DNA of 64,000 nt. Source: Thalia democratica. Its lineage: Eukaryota. Below are positions 1-12,800 of the stretch, one piece after another (the stretch's first letter is position 1; every line of letters begins with the position of its first letter). The stretch spans positions 46,128,001 to 46,192,000 of the forward strand of contig OZ241832.1 in assembly GCA_965202585.1 (NCBI GenBank), given 5' to 3'. A program made the position numbers and the translations under genes. The notes below the pieces were generated by a model. That model ran no database searches. It worked only from the letters and a program-made list of their open reading frames with translations, and was not told where the DNA came from.

Positions 1-589
1 ATGTCACACCAATATCAAACTGAATTTATATTTTAATTAAGGTTTATTTCAACCATGATTTCAGGATAAAAATGACATTATAAGTACATAAATAATAAAA
101 TCAAACTTATTTATCATAAAGCAATAAAACTTGAATACTTAATCGCTTTAATTTTACAATGTAAATCAATTATATTGATACATTATTTTATATCGACTAC
201 AAATCTATAAAATAAAAGCAGTAAGATATTTAAGTTTTATTAGTTTATAATAAACAAATTAAGTTTTATACATGTATTTATATAGCTTGTTTAAAACAAA
301 GTACAATTTTAGAATAAACATATTAATTAGGCTTTAAAGATAGATTTTGAGCCTAAAATTGTTGTTAAAATAGACATCAAATATAATGTAATATCAGTTT
401 GATATTGGTGCGACATCATGCTAGGTAATTACTGACTTGCCACTTTATCTCAAAACCTGGAAAAACCTGGAATTTGACAATCAAGGCAAAAAAACCTTGA
501 AAAACCAGTAGTTTTTAACAAATAACCTGAGTTTTTTTAAGTTTGAGTTTTTGTTAATTTTTATAAAATAGATAAAGTAAAAGTATTTA

Positions 590-1411
590 CAGTAGACTAC
601 CGCTTAAGTACGCAAATTGAACCTGACTAAAAAACGCGTGTACTTAGACAGGTAATGCGTACACAACATAGTATAATATGAAATTTACATTGTTTCTTTT
701 TTTTATCACAACTAGCCACCAAATAATTAAGCCAAATAAACAAGTCTTTTTATTTTAAATAACATTTAATACATAATTTTAATCTGCAAAATTTTTTAAT
801 AAATTTTAAAATGATTTATTTTTTCTATAAAAAGTTTCTACATAATAAATAAATACATTTATTATAATTTTTTTTATTAGCTAAAAAGTGTTTAATTTTT
901 TTTTTGAAAGAAAAACGTTTCATGACTGTTTTTGTAAGAAAGTTATTATGAGTAGAAACATTTATAGTATAAGTGCACAATGATAAGGTACTCATTAATT
1001 TTTTTTTAACTTTAGTTTTTTGTTCTTGTTGTTTCTTTTTATATATTTATTTTGACTTTATAAAATTTGTAACAAGTTTTTGTGGTTAACTAGTTTTATA
1101 TTATGTCACACTAAAATTAGCCTTTCTTTTGCAGATATTCTGAAAGTTTTTGAATATAAAACAAATTTAGAAATTTTAGAAAAATTTAGAAAAATGGATG
1201 GAAAGCGTCAGAAAATGACTCTATGGAACAAGTATAAGGATAAAGGTAAAGTTGCACCACCAAGGCCAACATATATCTACCGTGATAATATGAGGGAACT
1301 TCTTAGGACTTTCAATGCTGAAATGGATTCTTGATTTTGTCTTTTTTGATAAGTGCGTACTTAGGCGGGGTGCGTACCAAAAAAAGTGTGTACTTAAGCG
1401 GTAGTCTACTG
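590..1411. mobile_element. Non-autonomous Tc1/mariner-pogo (Tigger-type) element
   Basis: Perfect 22-bp TIR CAGTAGACTACCGCTTAAGTAC; TA on both sides (588-589, 1412-1413); subterminal GTGCGTAC/GTGTAC motifs. Confidence 0.85.
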
Positions 1412-2029
1412 TATTTTGGGGTACAAGTTTTAATAAAAAATGTTGACAAGTTCATTACATAGTTTTATTAAATAGAAAATATTTTTCAAAATACATTATC
1501 AACTACTGCTGTGTTTAACTAAGCTATAAAATATAATATTAACATGTACAAAAGCTAGATAATGGATACGTCATAATGAGTTTAAAGAAAAAGTGTGGAA
1601 TAAATACTGTTTAAATAAAAATTTGGTAAAGATTGAATATACAAGACTTCTAAGCATAAGTAAGTAAATAGAAGACATATGGTAAAAGCATATTACAATA
1701 AAGTATATACAAGTTTTAAAGCTGTATAAATGTAAATGATAATAAAAAAAAGCTATGAAAGCGTTTAAAGTATAATATAATTATCAGAGTTTAGTTGATG
1801 TAAATATTTTATCCTTTTAAATATTTACATCAACTAAATTCTGATTTTAAGAACAAAAGTGTTTAAGTTAGCTTAACTTTGTTTAAGTTCCATTATCTAA
1901 AAAGGTCTGTGCAGGTTGTAGAACAATTTGTGTAAGTTTTGAAGCTTGAAGTGCAGTTTACCAACTATAAAATAGTAATAGATTAGTCAAAAACTATACA
2001 ACCCTAGAACTAAAGCTTAGCATTTAGAC

Positions 2030-2373
2030 CAGGGTTTTCCATTTTTTTCAAAATACCATCTAAACAAAAATTTAAAAAGCTATGACCCTCTCCAACAAGC
2101 CAACAAGATTACTCAAAATACTTCCATTAAAAACACCTGAGACTTTTTTTTTTTTTATTGTTCTTCATCATTAACTCCATAATATCTAGTGTAAGTTTTA
2201 AAACTACCATTAAAAACACCTAAGACCTTTTTTCTCTCTTCATCATCAAGTCCAGAATATCTAGTGTAAGTTTCAAATTAAATTATGACCTTATGGCCCC
2301 TCTGTGGCCCCTTTATAGCTCATGGCACCCTAAATTTCTGTCATGGGTTACAAGGGGGCCACTTGGCCCACTT
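2030..2373. mobile_element. hAT MITE fragment lacking its 3' TIR
   Basis: Starts CAGGGTTTTCC; interior closely matches 15063-15295 (caacaagattactcaaaa, atatctagtgtaagtttcaaatta, atggcccc). Confidence 0.7.
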
Positions 2374-2386
2374 CTAGACTGTAGAA

Positions 2387-3066
2387 CAGGGTTTCCCAAA
2401 GTGGGCCAAGTGGCCCCCTTAGGGGCCATTTGAGGAAGTCAGGGGGCCGTAAGCTGTAAAGGGGCCAAAGGGGGGCCATGACTAGAAAAGGGGCCATAAG
2501 GGAGCCTTTTCAATTTTTGGCTGTCTTTGAAAATTACACAGGTCATTAGACCAAGTAGTTTTGAGTTCTTTTTTTTCATTCCATAAAATATTAATTTCTT
2601 TGCAATTTTTATGTTACAACCATGAAAAATATCAAAATGTTTTTGATTAACGTTTCATTTTCTAAAATTGATATATAAGGTACAAATTAAATTATTTAAT
2701 TTGTTGCAACTCGCATTTACAAAGTTCCGATTGAATTAATAAATTGTATTTATTCCAAGTTTTTATTGTTATAAAGTGGCTTTTCTTTAAACAACATTTT
2801 TGTTACTATAAAAATTATTTGTTAGAACCTGATGTAATGGCTAGCATTAGAAAGTAATTAAAAATTTGCATGAGTCACTTTTAAAATTCAAAAATATATT
2901 CTTTATTAACAGTGGTGTTACGCTGAACTTATTATAATGCATCAATTTGTTTTTAAACAAATAGAAAATGCGCACAATTTAATTTTGAGAAGCCATTTTG
3001 TAGGGGGGCCATGGGCTTTTAAATTTCTGCGAAGGGGGCCATTAGAAAAAAGTTTGGGAAACTCTG
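2387..3066. mobile_element. hAT (Charlie-like) non-autonomous element
   Basis: TIR CAGGGTTTCCCAAA / TTTGGGAAACTCTG; perfect 8-bp TSD CTGTAGAA (2379-2386, 3067-3074). Confidence 0.9.
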
Positions 3067-3309
3067 CTGTAGAATGAAGATCCTTGTATCTGAATATTAC
3101 GGTTGTAACAGTTTAACTTTTAAAATTACTTGCTTTAAAAATACATTCCAGTTACATAAAATGACAAAGAAGATATAACTTCACATAGTAATACAGCTTA
3201 GTATAAGAATTTAACAAAGCAGATTTAAAGAAAAAAACAAACTATTAAATCTTAATTAATCAAAAAATATAGTTTGATTAAGCATATTGATATAAAGAAA
3301 TAAAATTAA

Positions 3310-3959
3310 GTGCATAGGGGATTCCACCTTGATTTTTACAAGTTGATCTTATTTTATAGAGTTTTATCTGAGGTATCAGAAATTTTTAACCGCTTGAAAA
3401 AATTTTAAGTAATTTTTGAGATATGAGTGAAGATAATACTTTGACATATTATCAAAGTTGGTGACCTCAATAGGTTCCTAATAGAAGGTACAAACTAAAA
3501 ACTCAAAAAAAGACTATTTCACTAAAAATCTATCTCCGCCTTAATTTTTCAAGCAATCTTCATCAAATTTTCACAGAAAGTATATTATTGAATTTTAAAA
3601 AGATTGAATGCAGGATTTTTTTAATTTTGAGAAATTAAATTTTTTCATCTTTTTAAATTGCAACATTCAAAGTCTTTTAAACTTTAAAAGAAACGTTTCC
3701 TGAAAGTTTAAGATCTCTAGCTCTAAAAATAAAGAAGATAGATTTTTAGTGAAATTTTAAATTTCTGAGAAAATTGACCCAAAAAGTTTGCGGTCCATAT
3801 GATTGTATTGGACTCTTTTTATAAAATTACAATATCTCAAAAGTTAAATAAGATTTTTTTATTTTATAAAAACTAGCTTGTAGTTTGTATTTCAAGCTTT
3901 CATATAACATACATTGTTATTTTTAGTAAAAAAAAAAATGTTGGACCCCCCTATGTCGT
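3310..3959. mobile_element. Kolobok-type non-autonomous element (degenerate copy)
   Basis: TTAA then GTGCATAGGGG ... CCCCCTATGTCGT then TTAA; interior related to 12322-12868 and 18369-19078. Confidence 0.65.
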
Positions 3960-4174
3960 TTAATATAGGGAAAGTAGTGTGAAATTATAACGAGTAAATA
4001 AGTAAAATGATTATTAAAAGTTTATTTTAATTAAACTATATAAACATTAAGTTTTGGTTAAGACAAAGAAAATTATGTTTTAATTTGATAACAATTTTGT
4101 TAACATCAGTTAGTTTTTAGAACAAATACTGATAAAATTAGATTAAAAAAAAACTATTTTTTACTGATCAGATT

Positions 4175-4379
4175 AGAAACAATTGGCTAAGAAGTAATCA
4201 GGCCAGATATGATCGAGTTAGAAATGATCAGGTTAAAAATGGTTGGGCTAGACTGGGATAAAAATGATTGTATTAGAAGTGATCTGGATAGAAATGATTG
4301 GGCTAGAAATGAATAAAGTAGAAATGATTGTATTAGATATGATGGGGTTATAAGTGATTGGATTACAAATGATAGTAAA
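4175..4379. repeat. 15-bp degenerate minisatellite (about 14 units, consensus AGAAATGATNNGNTT)
   Basis: Units read directly, e.g. agaaatgattgtatt, agaaatgatcaggtt, agaaatgattgggct; one unit cut to 10 nt (4250-4259). Confidence 0.85.
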
Positions 4380-5880
4380 GCAAGATACTTATGAAAGAAC
4401 AAAAAAGTTTCAATTTTTAAGAAAAAACTAATAGTTTAAATATTTTGTTGAAACACATGGAAAAATAATTTTGTAAAATTTATTAAAATCAGTCTCATTA
4501 CATTTAAAAAATAATTTACTTTAAACTTTCAGGAAATGCTCCTTCCAAAATTAAAAAGAGACAAATTAAAAAAATATATATGGCATTAATAAAAAATAAT
4601 CCAGTATTTTTTGAGTGTAAAAAAAAGAATATATTTTGTGTTCAAAGAAATATGTTTCTTACACAAGTTATTTATAGTTTTTTAAAGATCAGGCTGAGAA
4701 AGTTTAAATTAGTTTATCAAAAACTTGAGAAGGAGATGATTTTTGTACGGTTTATACTTTCCGTGTTTTCTCTAGATTTTTTTTTTAAAGTTTTTTCGAA
4801 TTTTTACAGAACACTTAATTTTCCTTAGTATACTTTTTTTTTTTTTAATTTATTGTTTACCTAGTGTTGGACCAATTTTTTATGACATGTACAAATGTTT
4901 TTGATAAATTTTGTTAATTTCACTATAAGTTATAGTCAGAATATGTGTTTATAATCAAAACAATTAGATTTGTAAACTTAAATAAATTTAACAAAATAAT
5001 GTATAAGAAAAGTTTTTTTTATAGTTTTATATAAAACTAAGTATTATTAAAAAGGCTCATAAATTATAAAAATTCTATTTTGAATACAAATTCAAAGTTT
5101 AAACTTTGATAAAAAGTCTTTGAAAACTTGTTCAACTTCAATATTTTTTCATTTATTTTAGAAGTTGTACAAAACATTATAGATTAATTTACTTAGTGTA
5201 TGTCCAGTACAACAAATTGCATTAGTTTTAACTGTTTATTTTAACTTTTAAGTTTTTAAAATTATTCTTTAAGTCTTATAAAGCATTCAGAAGACCTATG
5301 AAAACTTTCCTTGATTTCTCTGCAATATTTTTTTTAAATTTTAGTGGGAACCCTGTTTTTAATACAAAAGTTTATTTCAACTTCTTAAGTTTGCTTTAAG
5401 AAACCTAGAAAACTTTCTAACTTAGATTGATTATATCTAAAAAAATATTTTTTAAATTTAAAACAATACTTCAAAACATTTATTTTCCTATGCCTTTAAA
5501 AAAGCATAAATGAGTAGTGAAAATTAAGTTACAGCATGTTAAAAAGTTCAATATAAAAAAGCTCAAGTTTATGTGTTTGTTGCAAAAAAAGTCTCAAGCC
5601 AGAGATTTCTGCAATTTACATATTTCAAGTATTAATGAAACTTAAGTTCTACAATTTTATTTTGGTTACATTTGCTAAAAATTATATTTGTTTTATTCAA
5701 TTTTTATTACTTTTTATATGCAATTAGTTTTGAGGTGCTGTTTAAATAGTATCAAATTTTTCTTATCTAATTAAATGCAATTTTTAAAAATTAAAACTAA
5801 TTTATACTTACAGTTTTAGATATTTTTAGAAATTAAATATATTTAAAATAGATAAAAATCAAAGATTTTAAATTTAAAAA

Positions 5881-6805
5881 ATGTATAATGCCTCAATTGG
5901 CAATTTAGCATCTGCATCGTCTACAAGAACAGAAAAAAATAGACTTAGTGACTTTTTTAAAATACCATCATTAATATCGAACCAAACGAATGAAAATAAT
6001 GTTGCTGAAACTGTTGTTCAGAAAATAGGCAGACTCTCTAAACAAGGAACTAGTAGCATGAACAAAAGTCAAACAGTTGTAGTGATGTTTGATTATCAGG
6101 CAAAAAATGATGATGAACTTACACTAAGACCAGGCCAAAATATCCAAGTCCTCTCTCAAGACCCTGGCCTTTCGGGCGATGAAGGTTGGTGGGCAGGAAA
6201 GATAGGAAACAGACTGGGAGTTTTTCCAAGAAACTTTGTTTCTGCCAAAAAACAACTGCCTGGTGCTAAAAACTCTTATCAACCTCTACCAGATGATTAC
6301 TCACCACTTGAGTCTAAATACGATGTTGGTGAAAAACCTGTTTTGGAAGTTATGGCCAAAAAGGATAAAGCTGATTTTGAGTTTGCCAATGTTCAAGTAA
6401 TTCATAAAGAAGAACTTGATGTACAAAATGCAGTTGGATTTGGTGGCTTTGGTACTGTTTATTTAGGGTATTACAAGGACAGAAAAGTTGCAGTTAAAGA
6501 ATTTCGCCATTGTGCGTCTAATGATGAAGAGTTTCTCAGAAGTGTCAAAGAAGAAGCATCTACTTATGCAATGGGTTTGTCTCATAAAAACATAATAGGG
6601 TTTGAAGGTCTTTGTTTAACACGTGAACTTCCTAGCATTGTTCTCGAGTTTGCAGAAGGTGGTACTTTGAATAAATGTCTAAAAGATAGAATACTACCTC
6701 CTAACATTATTGTGAAGTGGGCTTTACAAATTGCAAGTGGAATGAACTACCTGCATGCAGCATTTGACAAACCAATAATTCACAGGGATTTAAAATCAAG
6801 CAATG
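5881..6805 (+). CDS. MLK: MLK exon 1: SH3 domain and kinase N-lobe to HRDLKSSN
   Basis: ORF 5881..6819; donor G|GTAAG at 6806 straight after HRDLKSSN (phase 1). Confidence 0.95.
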
Positions 6806-9800
6806 GTAAGTTTCTCTAATATTTTTTGAATAAAACTTAGTTTAGATTTTTATACTTCATTATAAAATTTTAATATCATAGAGTAGGTTATGCTGTAATT
6901 GATTTGTTTTAATTTTTACCATAATGTTAATTAGTCTGTATGATTAAAAGTTAAAAAAGGTTAACTCTTATATTTTACGTAGCTTTATTTTTAAGTAATA
7001 AAATTATTGTACTGAATCTCAAAGGATTTCTTTTAGTTCTAAAGTAGTATCTTTAAGTATATATATAGTTGTACTACCTAAAATTAAAAAAAATATATAT
7101 GTAAACATTCTAATTTTTGTAGTATTAAGATAATTCTAGTGATATTATGCTCAAATGGGTTCAAAACATTGTTCAATAAATGGTAGTATTAAGTTTTTTC
7201 ATTAGGTTAGTTTATAGTACACATTAACAAACTATTTTTACCACATACAATGACTTTTTGTTCAAGTTTTATTATTTTAAAACAAAAAAGTTTACTGTAT
7301 ACCAGAGTTTTAAAGTTATACTGAGTTTTCTGCAAGTTTGAATATACTAACTAAATGTTACTATGGTTTTATTCTATATTTAACTTGTGTTTCAAAATAT
7401 TTAAAACGTATAGTACTGACATAACAATTACTGTATAAAACAATTTTGATACAAAAGTTCTTTATAACATTATTGTGTAGAAATAGTTTTTAGTCAAAAT
7501 TAGATCTGTATATTTTTTCCAACTTTAGGAATCACTGCAGTTGTTTAAAAATTAAATAAATTAGTTCAAAAGTTTTATAACTTAAATTTAAGTTGACTTT
7601 ATTTCATTTGCTATTGTTATATGTTTCAATATACAATAATTTATTTTGAATTACTATTTCTTAGCATGTCTATAAAGGTCTTATATTAATTTTAAATATC
7701 CCAATTCTTTAAACAAATTGGTTTTAAAACCATATAGTATTTCACGCTTGATAGTACTTTAAAAATTGTGCATTTACCTGTTTTTAGTTTTATCTACTTT
7801 TTGAAGGTGTATTTTGTAAGTTTTGCTGATATAATTTCATTTAAAAAATAATTTTAAAATGTTTACTATATAAAAAAAAAAAGTATTTGTTGTAATGAAA
7901 TTTAAATCAATTATAGAGAAAATCAAATAGTTTTTTTTTTTAATTGTAATGCTAAATGAGTATTTTAATCATTGTAGTTGAAGTACCTCTTTTAGTATAT
8001 TGTTTTAGTTTTCTTTATTTTATTTTAAAATATTTTACTAAGTTGTGTGAAAAAAAAACAATTAAAATTTTTTAAACTGTTTCCAAAGATAAGAAATAAA
8101 AACGGTCACAAGTAAACTGATAGCACAGACATTATAACGTAATCTGTGGCGTCTGTTAGTTTGCTGAATAATTGATTACATGACTAGCATTTGTAGGCTT
8201 GCCTGAATTTTTTATGTTTGAAATAAGTTAAGTTTATTTCAAGTTTTATAGTTAATATTTCCTTAAGTTGTTATTTATAAATTTTTTTGTTTAAAAACTG
8301 AACTTTTATTTACTTTTATATTATTTAATGGGGTGTTTTTAGGAGCTAAACTAGTGTTATAGCGTATCTATTTTAATGAGTATTTATTAATAAGTATTTA
8401 TATTAAATGAAACCCGCCAAGTCAAAAAAAGAATATGTTTTTTCTGCAAAGTGGTCAGGAAAAGTCAGGCTATTGAATATTTATAATGAAAGAATCAAGA
8501 TTTTTTGCTGTTGAAAATATTTTTACCTAACAATGAAATTATGTTTTGAAATGTATCTTATTATTTTCTGACAATTTATTTTAATTTAAGTAAACAATAG
8601 TTTTATACAACCTTTTTTTGCTTTACAAAAAGAATAGCTAAGATAAATTATATATACAATACATTGGTTACAGGTAGTTTTCTGTCATTTGTTTATTTGA
8701 CATGTAAGCATTACACTTAGATCCATAGCATTAAATTATTAATTTTTTGAATTAGATAGTCATATAAGTATGACTATACAGGTTTTATTAATGGTTCCTA
8801 ATTTATGTTTATAAGTATTTATTTGTTTTATGTTTGCTAAAAAAATTATAGAAGTTTGATTTCTTACTTATTTTTGTTGTATAAGGTTCTTGAAACTAGT
8901 TGAAAAATAAATATTTTGACCAACTATCCTCTTAGTTCTCCTTATAGTGCTTAAAACTTTTAAATTAAAAGTTGTTAAATGTTTGAAAATTGTAGTTTCG
9001 AATATGTTAATGAAAATATACTTAATATTATATAAACAGTTCTAACTTAATAACTTTAAAAAAAAAATTCCATGTTGTTACTAACATTTATTGTTGTTAG
9101 TTAATTTTTGTTAGTAGGCAATTTTTAATTTTGATACTTTATTAAAGACTAAACAAGCATTATTAGATTAAGTTCAAGAAAGGTTAAAGTTATAAGTTAG
9201 AACTTAAGAATTATAAATTAAATTATAAATTTTATATATGTGTTTGTAAGAGTTCGTTTTTTGTAAAATGCACTGATTATTATTGTTTTGTATTTGATAG
9301 TAAGCTTAACTACTAATTTATTATAGTTATTATAATAAAATTTTTTCTTGAGTTAGGAAACTTTTTCACGATCATGAATTTTAAAGACTTTCAGTGATTT
9401 AAAACCATAAGACACTGATTAAATTTAAACTTTTAAACTTACTTCATATAATTAAAAAAAACAGTTCTCATAAAAGAGCCGATTGAGGAAGACTGTGAAG
9501 ATTTGTGGAACAAAACGATGAAAATTGCTGACTTTGGTCTAGCACGACAGACTGACATAACAGAAGAGTTTACTATGGGAGGAACCATGGCTTTTATGGC
9601 ACCAGAATCTATAATCAAACAAAAGTTTTCTCGTTTTACTGATGTTTGGAGGTAAATTTTATGAAATACTATTAGTTTAATTTTCCAAATTAGTAGTAAA
9701 TGGTTAATTTACGTTTGAAAACAAATAAATCAATACTAAATACACCAAACATTTAAGCTAGAAATATATAAGGAAATTACTTTTGTAAAACTTTAATTTT

Positions 9801-12800
9801 AAATATAATTTATTTATATTTAGAAACAATTTTAAAATTAAAGTATGTTGTTTCAGCTTTTAATATATACCTAGCTAAGTTATTAGAAACGCATACTTTA
9901 TCTTCGCACATTTAGTTTTATAAACTTGGATAAAAGTGATCATATTTTGATGTAGAAGTGAGTGATTCTTTGAACTGCTGATTTTGCAGCAAAATCGCTG
10001 AAATTATTGACTTGAGCGTCCAAGTATGTTTTTTCTGAAATTTTCAGTTAAGGTTCTCTATTGGTGAGAAGCTAGAAGTTAATTTGAAATAGAAACTAAT
10101 TTAACTCTTTTTACTATTGTTGGATCTAACAGACAGGGTTGCCACTTTACCTGGAATCCTGGAATTCGACAATTTAGGCAAAAAAACCTGGAATTTGGGA
10201 AATTTTGAAAAAAAACTAGAAAAACCTTGAATTTTAACATTTTTAACATGTTCAGTAGTAAAATTTCGATTTGACTCAAAAAATGTATCATATAAATAAA
10301 AAAAAATTGTCATCATCATATAGTTTTGATTAAAAACATATTTAAAGTAGCTTTACAGTATCTTTTCAATGTTTTTATACTATTTAACACAGTTTCTTAC
10401 CTCAAACTTAACTTTAAACTAAAAATTGCCCTTAAAGTACAGTAAAATCTCGCATCTTTACGCACTCGTGACATTACGCACTCTCGTTTAGTTACGCATT
10501 TTAGAATTTTTAAAAATTCAAAAAAATATTTTTAATCTCTTTCAATATTTCAATTTAATTCAAGTTAGGTTTACTGTATATTTTTAATTTAAAATATGTT
10601 TAAATGATAACTCACCTCTCTACATCTTTAGACTTTGTAAACTTATGTTCCTTGACTAATTGATAAACATTTAGTTATACCTCAGTATATCAGAAATTTT
10701 GTTAACAGTAAGATATTAAATTAAAATTCTGAAAGAAATATGACTGTGTTAAATAATGAAAGAATAATGAAATAATGAGAGTTTAAAACACAAATGAACA
10801 ATACAGCAATCTTGCCCTATATATAAATAAACATCTAAAAAAGAAATTTAATGAAACTGCCTAGCAAAAAGTAGCAGTGATACTTAATAAATATAGAGCC
10901 TACACTTAACACAAATCTCAATTGTTTTTTTAATAAACATATCACGAATTTTCATTTGACGTTTTTTTTTTTAGTTTAAGTTCTTCTTCTGTAACACTTG
11001 CTTTGCACAGCAAGCGTTGAAATTTTTCTACAAGTATTATTATTTTATATAAATTTAAATCCTTTTTTTTTTTAATATATGTATAGTTTTATCTTTTGTT
11101 TTCATATTTATAAATCAAGTAAACAGATTGTTAAAAGTGGGAAAGTCCCCAGTCTGCTTTTAACTAGAAGCAATATCAAAAAACAGCCATTATAGTAAGT
11201 ATATATGGTACCTCTCTCATCTTTACGATCTCTCGTATCTTTACGCATTTTTTCTGTGAACACAATGTGCGTAAATAAGCGAGAGGTTAATGTATGTACT
11301 TTTAAAAACCTTGAATAAATTTGAAAAACCTGGAAAAATTTTTGAAAAAACGAGTGGCAACCCTAAACAGATCATTAAAAGTGTTAATGATAAAATTGCT
11401 TTTAAGGAGGAGAAAAAACAAGGTTTACAAAACTCTTCTACATCAAAGCGTAAATAAGTTGATAAGTATAAGTTTGTGAGTAAAAATTTTGCTTTTTATG
11501 TTAATCTATAGATTTTAAAATGAATTCGATTATGTTTTTTTTTTGTTTAAAACAAAATGAACTGTTTGTGTTATTTTTATTCTTAATGTCTTCGTTATGT
11601 GTCTTTCAGTTTAAGTGGCCTAGGTTTTGATGCCTGGGTCCATCGTATTGACAATAAACTTGCAATTATAATAATATTTTATAAATACAGTCTCATGAAA
11701 AATAACTGGTTTTTTACACTTATTGTTTATATATTATTTGTTTTACTTTTTATTGATATATTTTTAAGCCCTTCATCTTTCCGGTTACTGATAATTCAAA
11801 TTCGGAAAGTTCAAATTCTTAAAAAATATTTCAAGGGCCACAACTATAATAGTAAAATGTATTTGAAAAATTTAAAATGCGTTTGTAGGTCTGATTAATA
11901 AAATTATAATTATGAAATTAAAAAAAAAAAAAAAAGGCTAAATAAAATTTTTCGACGTTACTAAAAATTTATGTATTAAAAAACTGTTTTAAGCCATATC
12001 TCAAAAACTTTAAAAAAAAAGAAAAAAAGTGTTTGTCGGTCATAATAAGACCTACATACGCATTTTATTTTTTTTCAAATATATATAACTTTTTGAGTTG
12101 TTGCTCTTTAAACATTTTTTTAAGAAGTCGAAATTAAGACTTGTCCAAATTTGAATAGTCGGGCAACCTATCTTTAAAAATTTTTAGTTATTTTTTCTGC
12201 TTTAACAAAAGTTAAAATTATTTATCCTTTTGCACACATCTTGAAATTTATTATGATAATATTTGCGACTTTCGACCATAAGTACTATTTTGTTTTGCTT
12301 ATGCTTTTTGTTTTGTCTTAAGGGCATAGGGGAGAAGTAAATAATTTTTTCACAATTTGATTTTGTTTTGTTAAGTTTCAACTAAGCTGCAAGTTATTTT
12401 TACAGATTTAAAAAATTCAAATAATCTTTGAGATATAGCCGGTCAAAGTAGGATACTACAATAGGTTCCTTATGGGAGGTTCAAACTAAAAGGCGAAAAT
12501 AGACTATTTCATTACAAATCTATCTCCTCCAACTTTTTTTGAGATAATTACCTCAAACTGTTAGGAAATGTTCCTTGCAATCTTTAAAAAACTCTGTCTT
12601 TACAAAATATTAAAAAAATTATGTCAAAAAAATAGTTTTTTTGGTTAATTTTGTTATAAAATTTTTAGTTTTCGATATTTGAAATTTTCTTACGACATAA
12701 TTTTTTAAGTATGAAGGAACCTATTGTAGTCTCCGACTTTGACCGGCTATTTCTCAAAAATTATTTTGAATTTTAAAAATCTGTAAAATGCAACTTGTTG

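Noticed and set aside
1080-1334. 84-aa ORF inside the pogo-type element
   Set aside because: Non-ATG start, no HTH or DDE motif recognised; treated as chance or unrecognisable decay.
8114-8162. Hairpin resembling a pre-miRNA in MLK intron 1
   Set aside because: Only 10 + 6 bp with a 4-nt bulge, and neither arm matches a miRNA family I know.
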